A stretch of DNA of 63,898 nucleotides, the filler included, from Octopus bimaculoides (lineage: Eukaryota), in the NCBI RefSeq assembly GCF_001194135.2. It is 5 parts of 5 records of this genome, joined end to end, with 100 filler letters (N's around TTAATTAATTAA, not from the genome) between each part and the next. Parts side by side here need not be neighbours in the genome. Positions count along the whole stretch, not along the records: positions 1 to 29,483 come from NC_068999.1; 4 more parts are not named here. One strand, given 5' to 3'. Shown here one piece after another: positions 1 through 13,369 of the stretch (position 1 is the first letter of the stretch; each line of letters opens with the position of its first letter). Below the pieces are notes generated by a model. It had not been told where the DNA came from and did not search any database. It saw only the letters and a list, made by a program, of their open reading frames with translations. Both the position numbers and the translations under genes were made by a program.

Positions 1-345
1 TTATTGCAACGTGTGCTTAACATGGGAAATGAAAATGGGTAGTGATAAAACAGGGAGATAGCTAAATCAGACATAATATTGCAGGATTTACTGCTTGAAA
101 TATACCGAACACACCAGACGCTTATACATCTAGAAACACGTATGAGCATATAAGTATATTAACCATCCTTACATACACAAGGGTTTATATACTTATATGC
201 TCATACGTGTTTCTAGATGTATAAGCGTCTGGTGTGTTCGGTATATTTCAAGCAGTAAATCCTGCAATATTATGTCTGATTTAGCTATCTCCCTGTTTTA
301 TCACTACCCATTTTCATTTCCCATGTTAAGCACACGTTGCAATAA
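1..345. repeat. Perfect long inverted repeat (foldback palindrome); left arm may extend beyond the window
   Basis: Position i pairs with 346-i with no mismatch for 1-159 vs 187-345 (checked in 10-nt blocks). Centre has a T:T mismatch, a 3-nt bulge and an 8-nt loop (171-178). Confidence 0.95.
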
Positions 346-1149
346 GTCCTATAAAAATACTAGATCGATATAATTTACTAAATTCCCTGAAGGTTGTTCC
401 CTTCAGGGAAGCGATATATTGAATGAAATGAGTACAAAATATCACAGATGCATTGGAAAGGCTTTATCAAGGTTAGCGAATTGAAAGAAAATATTCGCTG
501 TAAATTTTGTACTGGAATGCAATTTAAGAAATCGAATATAAGTGCTTACAATAATTGCGTGTAACATTTGAAAATTAATATTGCATGTGGTAGTGCACGA
601 TAAGCATTCTGAGATAACCATTAACTGAAATGTAAATCGCGGTTCTCATGATTTATTGAATGTAGTTCTGTTTAGCAAAGCCGTGATATAGAACCTAGGT
701 GGAATTGTTAAGGGTATCTCGGGAGAAAATATCCAGCTTTATGAATGAATTCGATAATGAAACAAAAAATTAGAATGTTAAGGTCTATGACAGCGTACCT
801 GCTGCATGCAATTGATAGATTAGAAATGAATGCTTTATAGTCCATGCTTCTGTCTTGCAACAATAATAAATAAATAAATAAGTGGCATGGGATGTAATGT
901 TAAGCGCCAGAGAACTGATAACATTTACAACGAAGAGGCACAAAATGAAAGGAGATAGAACGAATGATTCATTGAAGGACACAGGTTCAATCTAGAAACA
1001 ATAATTCAGAAACATCTTAGAAGAAACTAAAATGTCAGCAGTATGAAGATAAACCACGACATAATCATCTGAGATGAATAAATAAATAAAAGAAAGCAAT
1101 GTATCTTTAAGCTGATTCTAGAGAAACGTGTTTCTTTGCTATCATGCCG

Positions 1150-1350
1150 GAACAAATGGAAATAAGCGTGCGTAAGAAATTGAGAAAAATGGATAAAAAC
1201 GACATCATCGAAACTATACAGAGTAGGCGAAGAAAATAGAGAAACAGCTAGACTTGCACTGAAGTAGATACGTTTATGCTAATAGGGATGAACATGTATT
1301 GACAGTGAGAGATGTGAAATTAGATGGACAAAATCCAGAATAGTATTTAA
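1150..1350 (+). mobile_element. Possible very decayed RTE-type LINE C-terminal remnant
   Basis: Frames read RKKLRKMDKNDIIETIQSRRRK and IRWTKS, resembling the DIIE..K.RKW and RWTK motifs; many stops. Confidence 0.2.
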
Positions 1351-1465
1351 AATAGATATTTTTTTGCGTAAGTTATATAGTTTGAGAAGTTGCTTAGATA
1401 TCGACTTTTGTGGCTGTTATGTAATCGAGAGCGAATATATGAGAACTTATATCAATATCTCTGCC

Positions 1466-1483
1466 TCTGTCTGTCTGTCTTTC

Positions 1484-1545
<62 letters not shown>

Positions 1546-1665
1546 NNNNNNNNNNNNNNNNNNNNNNNNNNNNNNNNNNNNNNNNNNNNNNNNNNNNNNN
1601 NNNNNNNNNNNNNNNNNNNNNNNNNNNNNNNNNNNNNNNNNNNNNNNNNNTATATATATATATAC
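1466..1665. repeat. (CT)n microsatellite, gap, then (TA)n
   Basis: Direct inspection. Confidence 0.95.
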
Positions 1666-2339
1666 ATGTAAGCATGCACTCAATTGGAGTGTTTGTAGTA
1701 GAACGAAATACATTCTGATAATGATTTATATATGAAGGTGGTGCTGTCAAATCTTGTTGAGTACAATACACTTCTAGAGCTTTCTTGAAAATGAGCTTTC
1801 TTCTTTGTGCAAAAATAAAGCCCAATATGACATAACGTGCAGCTGCATCCGGTTTTGGATCCTTCTAAGTTTTAAATAACCAAAGATAAGTCACTATCGC
1901 ATACGTTTGTGTGGTAAAACATCTCTAACCATGCTATAACTCTACACAAGTTGATTTTACTAAAGAAATATGTCAAAGTTTTCTCAAATTTTCCAAACTA
2001 TCATTTTCTGTATAATTGTATAATTGAAACACCAACTATCAACACAAAAACCCATTAAAACGAGGAGGATTGCGCAACTTATTCCAAGTACTATAACATA
2101 AATAATCTTCTTGTTTTCCTTGTGTCCCATTGAACTCTGGTCAAAGGTTTATAACATCAATTGGTTTTATAAAAGAGAGAAAAAGAACCATGTTTTCGGG
2201 AAGCATCGATAAGCGGGCGTCGTTTGCTTCCCTCACCAATATCATTATTTTACTCATCATTCATTTCATTTGTATTGTTGTCCAGCCCGTATGTGTTTCT
2301 ATGTATGTAAAGCCTGTATGGCTAATTTGATGAAATAAC

Positions 2340-2590
2340 GAAGCTTGCTTCCCAACTACATGATTCCGGGTTCAGTATGTATGTATATGCACCTAAACAT
2401 ACATACCTATGCGTGTTTTTTTTTTTTTGTTCCCTCAATTATCACTTGACAACTGGTGTTGGTATGTTTCCGTCAAAAAGACCGATAAAATGAGTACTAG
2501 GCTTAAGAAATAAGCTCTTGTGGTCGATTTTCTGGACTAAAAAACAAACACCTTCAAGGCTGTGTCAAATTACTGAAACAAGTGACAGAA
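2340..2590 (+). mobile_element. SINE family A, internally deleted copy
   Basis: Head piece gcttgcttcccaactacatgattccgggttcagt and 3' body (cttgacaactgg...gtactaggctta...actgaaacaagt) match the copies at 9056 and 36121. Confidence 0.8.
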
Positions 2591-4539
2591 ATGGAGTAGA
2601 CCCCGAACTAACAACTGAATTATTCAACCTGAGGAATGACAAACTAAAATCTGGAAAAACAAACTTCATCTACGTAAATTAAGGAAGACGTTACGAATTG
2701 GAACAATGCACACGAATAATAAAGAATATCCGATACACACACAAAACATGTGAAAGAACATCATATAAAATATATTTAAAATCAATTCATATCAGAAGCG
2801 AAATTAAAGGCCTCACACATCAGTATTAAAAAAGTGTTCAGATAACATACTTCATTTTCAGGAATGAACAATTGTTAATATTTATTGTAATCGGCGTATG
2901 AAAACTTTTTACTGCACTGCCTGCTGTCCATCAATGTTTCTTTGTGTCTCTCTTTCCTTCTTTGTTTCTTTTTTGCTTTCTTTCTTTCTTACTTAAGTTT
3001 TACGGGAACGCATTGTCTACTGGGGATATTTCTATGATGCAAAACATATTTTTTTGTAAAAAATAAACAATCGAATTTATTAATGTTCATCGTAGAAATT
3101 TTGCTTGACGTCGCAATATTACTGTGCGCAATCAGGTATAATATGGGAATCAAATGACTAAGGCAATCCCGCGGAAGATTGAATGATAACGGTCAGAAGC
3201 CAAAATAAGCATCCTCCAACCAGTAAAATTAGACCCATTATCAGTGAATTGTTTCGCATTCATGCATAAATACTAGAAGCGCATGCATACGGTTTATTTT
3301 GGGCATTTCTAAATGTTATTCAGGGTTTCTTCTGTAAATGTTTTGAATGTATCCAATAAATGATGAGGAATGTATCCAATGAATGGTGTGAAACCGTTAA
3401 TGCTACTGTTATTACGGTAATATTCACCACTATGTTTTACTTGCATGGTGTCGTGAATAAATTGCTTAACACAATTTCTTTCAGAACGTTGCGATGAAAA
3501 TATCACCGGCATAGTGCACATCATATTAAGAATGCCTCGGTACATCGTGGTATATGGTGCAAATGAGGAGGTAGCCAGCACGATTTGATATCAAATTCAT
3601 TCAACAAATATCTGGTAGAAAAGGGGGGAAACCCACATTGTAAGTTACAGACCTCTCAGCCAGATAATCATATAATAGTTATATTTTGGAAAATCCTAGA
3701 AAAGAAACTAAAACGGACAAACAAACACAGACATAAACGTACACAGAATATACAAAATCTGCTTCTAACCTTTATTTCGACAGAAACACAAGCTTACACT
3801 AAGTGAATATACAAAATCTGCTACTTACCTTAATTCAGACACAAGCAGAAGCTTAGATTTAGTGAATCAAATATCAGAAGAAGTTATTGTAATGGAGAAT
3901 ATTTTTGAGATTCTGATATCGACGTTCCCGAATTCAATGAATCTTGAAACTAGAGAAAACAGAAGACATCTAAACCTTAAGCTTATTCGATCACATAAAT
4001 AACACATACATAATTTACTTTCCATTTAATCTTATTAAACATCCTATAGCTATATTTATTTTTGAGGATCGCAACACTGATTCAAATCCTCCCACTCAAA
4101 CTGAATCGTTACTCTATGTTGCAGGCTTACATAATAAGTGAATCATATAAAAATAGGGGAAAAAGGCATAAGCACGTATTCCTATTTACTGTTGCTGTTA
4201 GCAACATGCCACTCCTATCACTTGGTTGAAGGCTTAATAAGAACTTCAAGGAGAAAGCGAAAAAACTCACGAGCACAAATTCGTATCTACTAATGACATT
4301 AGCAAACGTTTCAAAGTCAACCACTCCCTAATCTCAATTTCAAACATGTATCTGTTGTACATGACAATAGACAAGCTACCGTTATATTAAATAATAAATT
4401 TAGCAAAGGTGCGGTACAGGGATTCATTATTTCATAATGACAATGCTAATCTTTGAGTGCTACACACGTCTCCATAAGTTATATTAGATGACCTTAAGCA
4501 ATATTAAATAAACATACGCTATATTTAATAATACAGACA

Positions 4540-4870
4540 GGGCAGCGATCTAATAGAGTCGTTTGCACACTGGGGAAAAATTGTAGCTACATTTAGTTCG
4601 TCATTACATTCTGAGTTCGATTTCCGTCGATGCTGACTTTGTCAATCATCTTTTCGGGGACGATAAAATACAAATAAGTTGAATACTAGTGCCAATGTAA
4701 GCAACTGACACCTTCCCCCGAAACTGCAGGCTTTGTGCACAAATGTGAAGCTGATATTAAATACACAGATAGGGTGGAGAGATGGCAGAATCGCTTGCAC
4801 GCCGCACACAATTCTGAGCGGCATTTCGTCTGTCTTTAAGCTCAGAGTTTTAATTCCTCTGAGGTCGACT
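4540..4870 (+). mobile_element. Two decayed SINE family B heads (4540-4670, 4772-4870)
   Basis: Similar to ggcggcgagctggcagaatcgttagcac...ttctgagttcaaattcc...gaggtcgactttg of the intact copy at 59226-59462. Confidence 0.65.
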
Positions 4871-5369
4871 TCTGTCAGAATTTGAAACCAATATTAGATA
4901 TACATCCCACTACTTGGAAGATATATTTGTACAATAATTTATCGAATAACTTCAAATATCCATTGAATATAACGGTAGAATGAAGTCAATCCATAAACAT
5001 TAATAGAAAGGAAGGAATGCCGATATATAATATTTTCGGCGTTGTGAAACCTGATCCCATCCCCTTCCAGGTTCCAACATTGTCTACTTCTTTGAAAGAT
5101 AAAGAAAGAAAGTGAAATAAGGAAAGAGACGAGAATCGACCAAATATTTATGAACTCTTAAAAGATGAAACGCATAGACAATCTTGTTCAGATTTAAAAT
5201 CAGGATGCCAGAGAGAGAGTGCATACACATGCTGTACTATTTTAGCTACCTGACAAATGAATAATAAGGACGTAACGTGGTAACATACAGTTTCATTGCA
5301 TTTTACACAATACCGTCTTCTACATTTATCTTTCTCTATCCAAGAACACAACATAACGTCAGTAACAAA

Positions 5370-6100
5370 TACAAAGTGCTATAAAAAAGTTTCGAACTAG
5401 TTATGCTTAACAATAACTTATTTACCTAAGTTTTAAGATAGTTTCCTTCAAAATAGTCACCTTGCGCAGCAATACACTAGTCCAAGCGTTCCTGCCTCTT
5501 TTGGAATCCGATTTGGAAGTATTTTTCCGTAAGCGAGGTGAAGATCTTCTGCAATCCGGTCTGGTTTTGGACAACGGTGTTAAACAGCGACCTTTGAAAT
5601 GCATTTTTATCTTGGGGGACGTGATGGAAGGCGGCAGATGCTAAATCTGGCTAATAGGATGCATACGGAAGCAACACCATGTTGATTTTGGCGAGGAACT
5701 CTCGCATGAGGAGAGCTCGATGAAGAATCCAATTCTTCGTGCTTCAGATCTGCTCCTTGTTGCTGAATGTTTTCCATCAAAGGCTTCAAATGTTCGCAGT
5801 AGAATACTCGATTGATGGTCTGGCCCTGGGGGTTGAATTCACGATGCACAATACTATATTTCTGGAGTAGAGGCACGTGGCAGTTGTTGCAGATCGTTCC
5901 TCGCCTCCCACGGTGGTTTTTCCGATTTTGAAACACACATGCCACTCAAATAAATTGCGTACGACCACTTACCACATGGCCGTAATATTGCCGAAGCAAA
6001 ATTCTATGCTGACGTTTTGTTCCTGTCCATGAGAAAATTGCAGACTATAGCATACACGTGATCTCACAATGACAGATTTCACAACTTGCGGAGTAAACAC
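5370..6100 (-). mobile_element. Mariner transposon, internally deleted pseudogene
   Basis: Minus strand across frameshifts: EQNVSIEFCF; LFEWHVCFKIGKTTVGGEERS (N-terminal HTH region) joined directly to VHREFNPQGQTIN; KNWILH then RALLMREFLAKINMVLLPYASY*PDLAS (YSPDLAP motif, HDNA segment deleted); HFKGRC...QGDYFEG. TIR-like tacaaagtgctataaaaaagtttc at 5370. Confidence 0.9.
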
Positions 6101-6152
6101 AGCTAGTACTGACTGCGTACGCAACTGTGTGCAATTTCGGAGGAGAAATTAA

Positions 6153-6302
6153 ACCGATTGGGGAGATAATTACACCGATCGCAATACTCTGCTGGTAATT
6201 ATTTTATCGACTTCGATTCGATGAAAGGCAAAGTCGTAAAGACAGCCGAAATACCACGAAGAATTTCACCCGGCGTGTTAACGATTCTGCCACCACGCCG
6301 AC
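6153..6302 (-). mobile_element. SINE family B, internally deleted
   Basis: gatgaaaggcaaagtc and cccggcgtgttaacgattctgcca match family B. Confidence 0.75.
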
Positions 6303-6769
6303 TTACTTGCTTGATAAAATCCGAGCAAATACATTACCGACTTCTGGATTTACATAGGAAGTTTGCTTGCTATGCGATATGATATGGTATCTCGTCCTGA
6401 CAAATCTACGAGTAATATCACGCAAGATCATATACACTTGCTGCAAATTGTGTTTAAAAGGAAAAGCTATTCAATGTTGTAGGACTAGAAGCATTCCATC
6501 AGAATGCAAAATAGATGGTCAAAGCTGAATCGCATTGATCATTCATGTTCTAAATCTGATATAGCTTGAAAAAAAATGAACAACAGAGATCCCAGATCGG
6601 ATTATGTACGTCATATATGATAGTTATAAACAATAAACATTATGAATATGCCACAAAAAATTTGGAAAAATTCCATCGTTTTGGTAGGTTCGTGTTTGGG
6701 GCAGAGCGAATGGAAGGTATGGAGACGACTAGTTAGTTACTCAGTGCTCATGATACATACGTACGTAAG

Positions 6770-6838
6770 CACACACACACGCGCACAAACTCGCACACAC
6801 ACACGCGCACACACTCGCACACACACACACATATAATC

Positions 6839-6886
<48 letters not shown>

Positions 6887-6938
6887 GTGTGTGTTTGTAA
6901 GCATTGATGTATACACATAGATACATGTATACATACAC

Positions 6939-6999
<61 letters not shown>

Positions 7000-7095
7000 T
7001 GTGTGTGTACTTGTATGTAAATATACCTATATATATATATGTACTTATATACATTTATTATAGACATACATATATTACACGCACACATACGTGCA

Positions 7096-7126
<31 letters not shown>

Positions 7127-7160
7127 TTTTGTGCGTGTGTGCGTGCATGTGGGTGGGTGA
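6770..7160. repeat. Compound (CA)n/(TA)n/(TG)n microsatellite
   Basis: Direct inspection; source of several spurious ORFs. Confidence 0.95.
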
Positions 7161-9055
7161 TTGCATGTAAGTTTGTATTCATATAATCCATCGAGTGCTG
7201 AGTTTCACTTCAGAAAAGATACATTCGGCTCAATGTAATTGAGTACATCACTGCAATCCTATTGAAATTTAAGCCGAGTTTAATATTTAGGGCTTGGTAA
7301 ATGACTAATGTACAATATTCTCAATATGCAATTCACGAATATAACATACAGACCGTTGGAATGCTTCCAAATTTCCCTTGAGATATTCGAAACATCTATT
7401 GTCTATGAGTATAGCATTTGCCACACATGAGTGTGACTATGAAAACTGTTGTTCTTTTAAACACTGGTTTAAAACACTAAAGATGAAGTGTATTTCACCT
7501 TGGCATTCCATCTTGTTTACTGTCAAATAATTTTTCTATAGTTACAAAATCTAATGTAACTTTTAGTTTTTATGATAATAGATACGTTTTAGGAAAAGAG
7601 TGTGTGCTAATTTTTGCGTGTTATCCATGCCGAGATTCCAAATGGTCTCGCGTGGCAAACATAAAACCTATGAAACACCAGATGTTAATAACTGATGGGC
7701 AAATACTATAGCCGGTAAAGTTTATATTATACATCTCTAATTTACCATATCATGACCATATATTCGGTCATCGAATCGTCTTGTCATTGATACTCTATTT
7801 CTGTTTGTATATACGGTTGTAGAAAGGGAGATTTGGTTCTTCATCAATGTCTTGTGAGACAATATAGATGGTTCCTCTTTAATTCCATAGCATTGCATAT
7901 GTTAAGACTGTGATGCTGTTTTACTGGTATTTATTTTTTACATTGACTTGTTGTTATTCCTTAAATTATATTTTTCTAATTTATTTCACCACATGCTATA
8001 TTTCGACTTGCACGGGAACGGTCTGATTTCAAATTATTTTTCCCTAAAACTAAACTAATAATGAAGTGTATATCCGCATTACTCTGCTATCAACAATATA
8101 TAAAAATATTTTTCAACACAGCCTACACGTTTTCTTCTTCTGACATTGGCCAACATCTCCATTAGTGTCGAGAAATCTAGAATACAATTGAGTTTAGCAA
8201 AGTATATCAAATATCGGGATACCCTCAAATTACCCTAACATGGAATTCAAAGCAAACGTAAATAAAACGTTGTCTTTTTCCCCATGTTCCTTGGAATGTG
8301 GTTTCTACAGATCAAAGACTAGCTTCCTACTCACAAGACTTATATAAATTTCAGATTTCAAATTTTGTCCTCAGCCCTTTCAAGACGACACATATCATGA
8401 AATACATCTCAATATATTATTCAATATATAGTTTCCTTATAGACTTACTTATATAATAAAGAAGATATATTCATTTTATGTTGACGTAACATCCCCCATT
8501 TCCTTTGACTTGCCTTTTATATGTCCGAATATATGCATCTCCATATGGTTCCTTTAAATATATTCCTGTGATGGCATCCTTTGTATCAATTATTCTACAC
8601 TTTTCAGTGTTATTAGAGAAGGTTTGTTCGTATCCCGGTTCTCACAAGTGTTATTACAGTTGACGTTATTTCAGAAAATAATCTCATAAAGACGGATGCC
8701 TTTATCTACTTGTGTATGCGTTTCTTCATCATAATGTTCTTACCGATATTTCTGTAAATTTTGGAAATGCTTATACTCATATATGTTGAAAAAAAAAATT
8801 ACACTCTTCAACTACTTTTGAAATAAATCTGACTTGAAATTTCGTACAAGCTTCCTACATAGTTCTAGTAAAAATATATTCCTCCGTAAACGTAGGGAAA
8901 AATATGATTCAAATGTTTTTTACTCTATAATTTTCCTTCTAGTCTGATTTTGTAAGGTAGTAACAGACTGAATGCCAGACATTGAACTCGCATAAGATGG
9001 AACAGACACAAAAATGCAAATACTACTGATTCCATGAACTGATTTTCACAGGCAA

Positions 9056-9217
9056 GGCACAGGAGTGGCTGTGTGGTAAGTAGCTTGCTCACGAACTAGA
9101 GGGTTCCGGATTCAGTCCCACTGCGTGGCGCCTTCGGCAAGTGTCATCTAATATAGCCTCGGGCTGACCAATGCCTTGTGAATGGATTTGGTAGAAGGAA
9201 ACTGAAAGGAGCCCGTC

Positions 9218-9267
<50 letters not shown>

Positions 9268-9492
9268 NNNNNNNNNNNNNNNNNNNNNNNNNNNNNNNNN
9301 NNNNNNNNNNNNNNNNNNNNNNNNNNNNNNNNNNNNNNNNNNNNNNNNNNNNNNNNNNNNNNNNNNNNNNNNNNNNNNNNNNNNNNNNNNNNNNNNNNNN
9401 NNNNNNNNNNNNNNNNNNNNNNNNNNNNNNNNNNNNNNNNNNNNNNNNNNNNNNNNNNNNNNNNNNNNNNNNNNNNNNNNNNNNNNNNNNNN

Positions 9493-9535
<43 letters not shown>

Positions 9536-9745
9536 GTGTGTGGGTATGCTTGTGTGTGTGTGTGTGTCCCCCCAACATCGCTTGACAACCGATGCTGGTG
9601 CGTTTACATCCCCGTAACGTCAAAGGAGACCGATAGAATAAGTACTAGGCTTACTAAGAATAAGGCCTGGGGGTGATTTGCTTGACTAAAGGCTGTGCTC
9701 CAGCATGGCCAGTAAATGACTGAAACAAGTGAAAGAGTAAAAGAG
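9056..9745 (+). mobile_element. SINE family A, full length with expanded internal (TA)n/(TG)n and a gap
   Basis: A-box-like tggctgtgtgg, B-box-like ggattcagtccc, body and tail ctccagcatggcc...actgaaacaagt(aaaagag)n are colinear with 36121-36522. Confidence 0.9.
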
Positions 9746-10169
9746 ACATTTTATAGGAAGAAATCGTTCAAAAGTAATATGTGGCTGCAGTTTTCTCCAA
9801 TGACGAGAACATGCAATCTTATTTACTCCTATGATTCAGGAAGGATGAAAGACACATTTTGAAGCATTTCAAATTACCAATAACATAACGAAATACATTA
9901 ACGTGTAGTGCTTCTAAAAAGTCTATTTTTCAATAGTCAAATTTTTTTATAGAATCATATGAGAAATAGGGAATGTGACATCGCATGCTTAATATGTAAG
10001 ATTTCATATTTTATCCTTTTTAAGATATTGTTTCACCCACTTGGAATGTTTTAGTTCCTAAACATCGAAGCACTGAAATTCTTCTATAAATATGGTGAAA
10101 TACAATTGAACCATTACGTGCCTAAAAAGTTAAACATGTTTTACATGATGACGTATTAACAAAAAAATC

Positions 10170-10420
10170 TTTATAGACGCTATGAAATCGTTTGAAGACA
10201 GAAAGTTTTTGCATTATATTCCTAAGACTATTCGAACATCATTCAAACAAGAATGAAAAGAAAATATGACAGGTTTCCATGACGAACAACATTCCTACAT
10301 GGATTCCAACAATGTAAGTACAGCTGGTATCATCTGCCAACGAAGTGTATGCTTATTATTCCATTTGTCCCGGCTAATTCTGTGCAAAATTGTTTTTGTT
10401 GATATCAATCATATGAATAT
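10170..10420 (+). mobile_element. Possible MULE (Mutator) transposase remnant
   Basis: Weak motifs in the expected order: IDAMKSF...FLHY, then CMLIIPFVPANSVQNCF (cf. ALAFVP..V..F); frameshifted. Confidence 0.25.
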
Positions 10421-10781
10421 TAACATAAACGATTTGGAATTTATTGTACCATATATTCTTCCATAATAAAACGTGTCTTTTAATATATTCTGTTCTGTTG
10501 ACTATTATTGATTTGTACATAGCTGGTGTATTTGCCGTAAATACATAAACCGATTTGCTGGATCCGAAGAAAAGCTTTGAGCTTTTACTACATAAAATTA
10601 CATTGATAAGTATCTCGAAAATGAAACTAAAATTTCCTATGAAGATTATGAATCTTAGATGTTCAACAGATGTATATAAAAATAAGTTGTGGATCTTTTC
10701 GTATCCAAAACTATTGCACTGATGTTACAACATAATAAGAAAAGTATTAAAACATAATAAAAAAAATATGTATTTCCTTAT

Positions 10782-10982
10782 GGAGGGGACAAAAAAAGAC
10801 AGATAAAGGGATTAAGTCGATTACATCGACACCAGTGCGTAACTGGTACTTATTTAATCAACCCCGAAAGAATGAAAGGCAAATTCGACCTCGGTGGAAT
10901 TTAAACTCATAATGTAAACGGCATATAATTTACCGCGAAGTATTTCGCCCGGCGTGCTAACGATTCTGCCAGCTCGCAGCCC
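10782..10982 (-). mobile_element. SINE family B, near full length
   Basis: Colinear with 59226-59462. Confidence 0.9.
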
Positions 10983-11749
10983 TAACATAAATATATCAAA
11001 GGGAAAATAATCGTCTCTTATTTATTTTAAAGAAGTGATATTCCACATATAAAACTCTAATATACGATGACTTTTGAGTATAAACCTATTCTTAAACAAT
11101 AAAATAAATTCATGATTTATACTGAAAAATATAAAGCCCCACTTTATTGCAAAGATGACGTATTCTTTAATATTGTTTCTCTTGAATGATTTATATAATT
11201 ACCTCTGCACTTTCTTTTATTATACACCGTATTTGTCAAACCACCAATATTACTATACAGCTAATTCAACAACTTAATTTAACGCGAATTCTCTTTCAGC
11301 GTCTTCATATTAGATCCCCTGGTAGTAGTCAATGTTTAGTCAATTCTCCTACATAATATGTAAGAGTTAGAGAGTAAAAAAAGACAAAAAGACGAAAATC
11401 GTCAATGTCGAGAAGCAACGACCTTTGTTGATTTTTATTCTCCTTCGTTGAAGACATAAATACTTGAGGGACATCGTACAAGTATCGCCTAAACCTGATG
11501 GAATTGATATGGCACTTGTGTGAACAAAATGCGAAATCTTAGAAGAAAAACAAAAGAACAGAGAATCAGTCCTATTACTCTAGACGAGAGGAAATAAAAC
11601 ACCTATACCAACGAATTTTCAACAGGGAGCGCAATGAATCCATATGATTACCTGGCGGTAATTTATCTAACTTTAAAGATAATAGTGATGATATTGATGA
11701 TGATGAGGAGGGGGAGGAATAAGATGATGGTGATGATGACGATGATGAT

Positions 11750-12250
11750 GGTGTCAGAGCACTCTGTTTATATTCGTTGATACAGAGAGTTTTCCGGATG
11801 ATGTTTCCGTTCTCGACTGCCTCTAATCATTTAAAGAACGTAGTATTCGCTAATCCTCTCAACACATTATCTTATTGATGTAGGGCTCTAAGTGTTTGTT
11901 GTTGTTGTTGTTCCTTTGCTACTCTGCTGCTCAAGTTTCCACTATTTCCCTTGCTGAAGTTGTAATAAGGCTGTGGTCAGCTGCGAGCCCTAATTTCCGA
12001 TTTATGTCTTGCTTGAGTGAGCCAAAACTTTATAGATTACACTTTGTTTCACACTCACCTAATTTCGCTATTTCGTCTCCACACTTCCTACTTAGCCCCA
12101 TTCTGCAGGCTTTTTCCGGACATTCAGTATTTATAGGCGAGTTACAAGAAACCGTTTATCCCACCCTTCTCATTCACTTCCCACGCAGCAGGATATTGCT
12201 CTCCAACATCACGAAGCATTTCAGGCTCCATCAAATATCTAGCTTCAGAT
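11750..12250 (-). mobile_element. Possible decayed RTE LINE 3' end with (CAT)n tail
   Basis: Traces of ILNV..EVWRR, L.FG and LLQL.QGK on the minus strand, followed by a (CAT)n tract. Confidence 0.25.
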
Positions 12251-13369
12251 AGAATCCCAGCGTCGTTACGCTTAGTGCATCGAATCCGAGACAAGTAGGG
12301 ATGAGAGCGAAATCATCACAGTAGAGGTGATTCATTAAGTGTCGTATAGTATGGTTCTCCTAAATAGAAATCTGCCTAAATTTTTTGTCTGATATATATG
12401 GTCAATGCACTTCTATGCATTGCAAAGGCTCCGTTCTACCTCTGTGTTCGTGGCAGCAACAAGGCAGTGACTTGTTAAACACAGGCATCGAGAAAAAGCA
12501 GTATTTCTTGCAGTTGCGGCTAATGTTTCCGTAGTAACACAAAAGTTGTCTTCTTCGTTCAATTTACCTCAGTTGAGCGACGCCGCACAATTTGACCCGA
12601 TTCTTCTCAAAGGGCACCTTACTGTTGATGGCGCCTTTGTTGTCTACGGGGACATTGTGCTACGTTCTATCATTCTTATTTGGTTTGCAGTAGCGATCGT
12701 AGTTATTTTTATGTTACTGTTTTTTTTTTTTGACGTTGTTGTTATTATTGTTGTTGCTGCCGTCGCTTCTGTTGCTACCGCTGTTCCATTTACCAGCACA
12801 ACTATTACTACTACTGTTGAATCTGATGCAGCCTTTCTTACTGTTTATCTTTTAAGCTGATATTTCTGTGGTCGACTTGTCGTTCTCCGTTGCGGAACTG
12901 CTACTAACATTGGTTATGTTACAGATATTTTTGTTTCAATTACTGTTGTTATGTTTGTTGCTTTCTTCTTTATGTAATCTCGCAAAATCTGCTACAACTA
13001 CCAGGTTTTTGATATTTGAATACAAGGAAGAGAAAATTCTATAACTCGGCGACTTAATCGCTCCTCAGTCAATTTACATTCTCAAGTGGGTGTATGTCTT
13101 AGTGGCACCGTGTTAATAAACAAATGACTATGTAGATTATAGAGAATTCTAACAAGAATGATACTACTCAGGGTTTCGATACATTTTCAACGTTTTCACG
13201 AAGTGACTGATGACTCTTTTTCTAAAGACATGCATATCATAAAATGTTTTAATAAAAAAAAAGCATACAATTAGGTGATGAAGGAAAACTCATGTAATAA
13301 ATGATGATGAGGAGGAGGAAGAAGAGGAGGAGGAGAGTGGTGCTGAGTGATGTTATTGATGATAATAAT

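Noticed and set aside
12471-12860. 130-codon open plus-strand frame with a hydrophobic stretch
   Set aside because: No recognisable motif or splice context; second half is degenerate triplet repeat.
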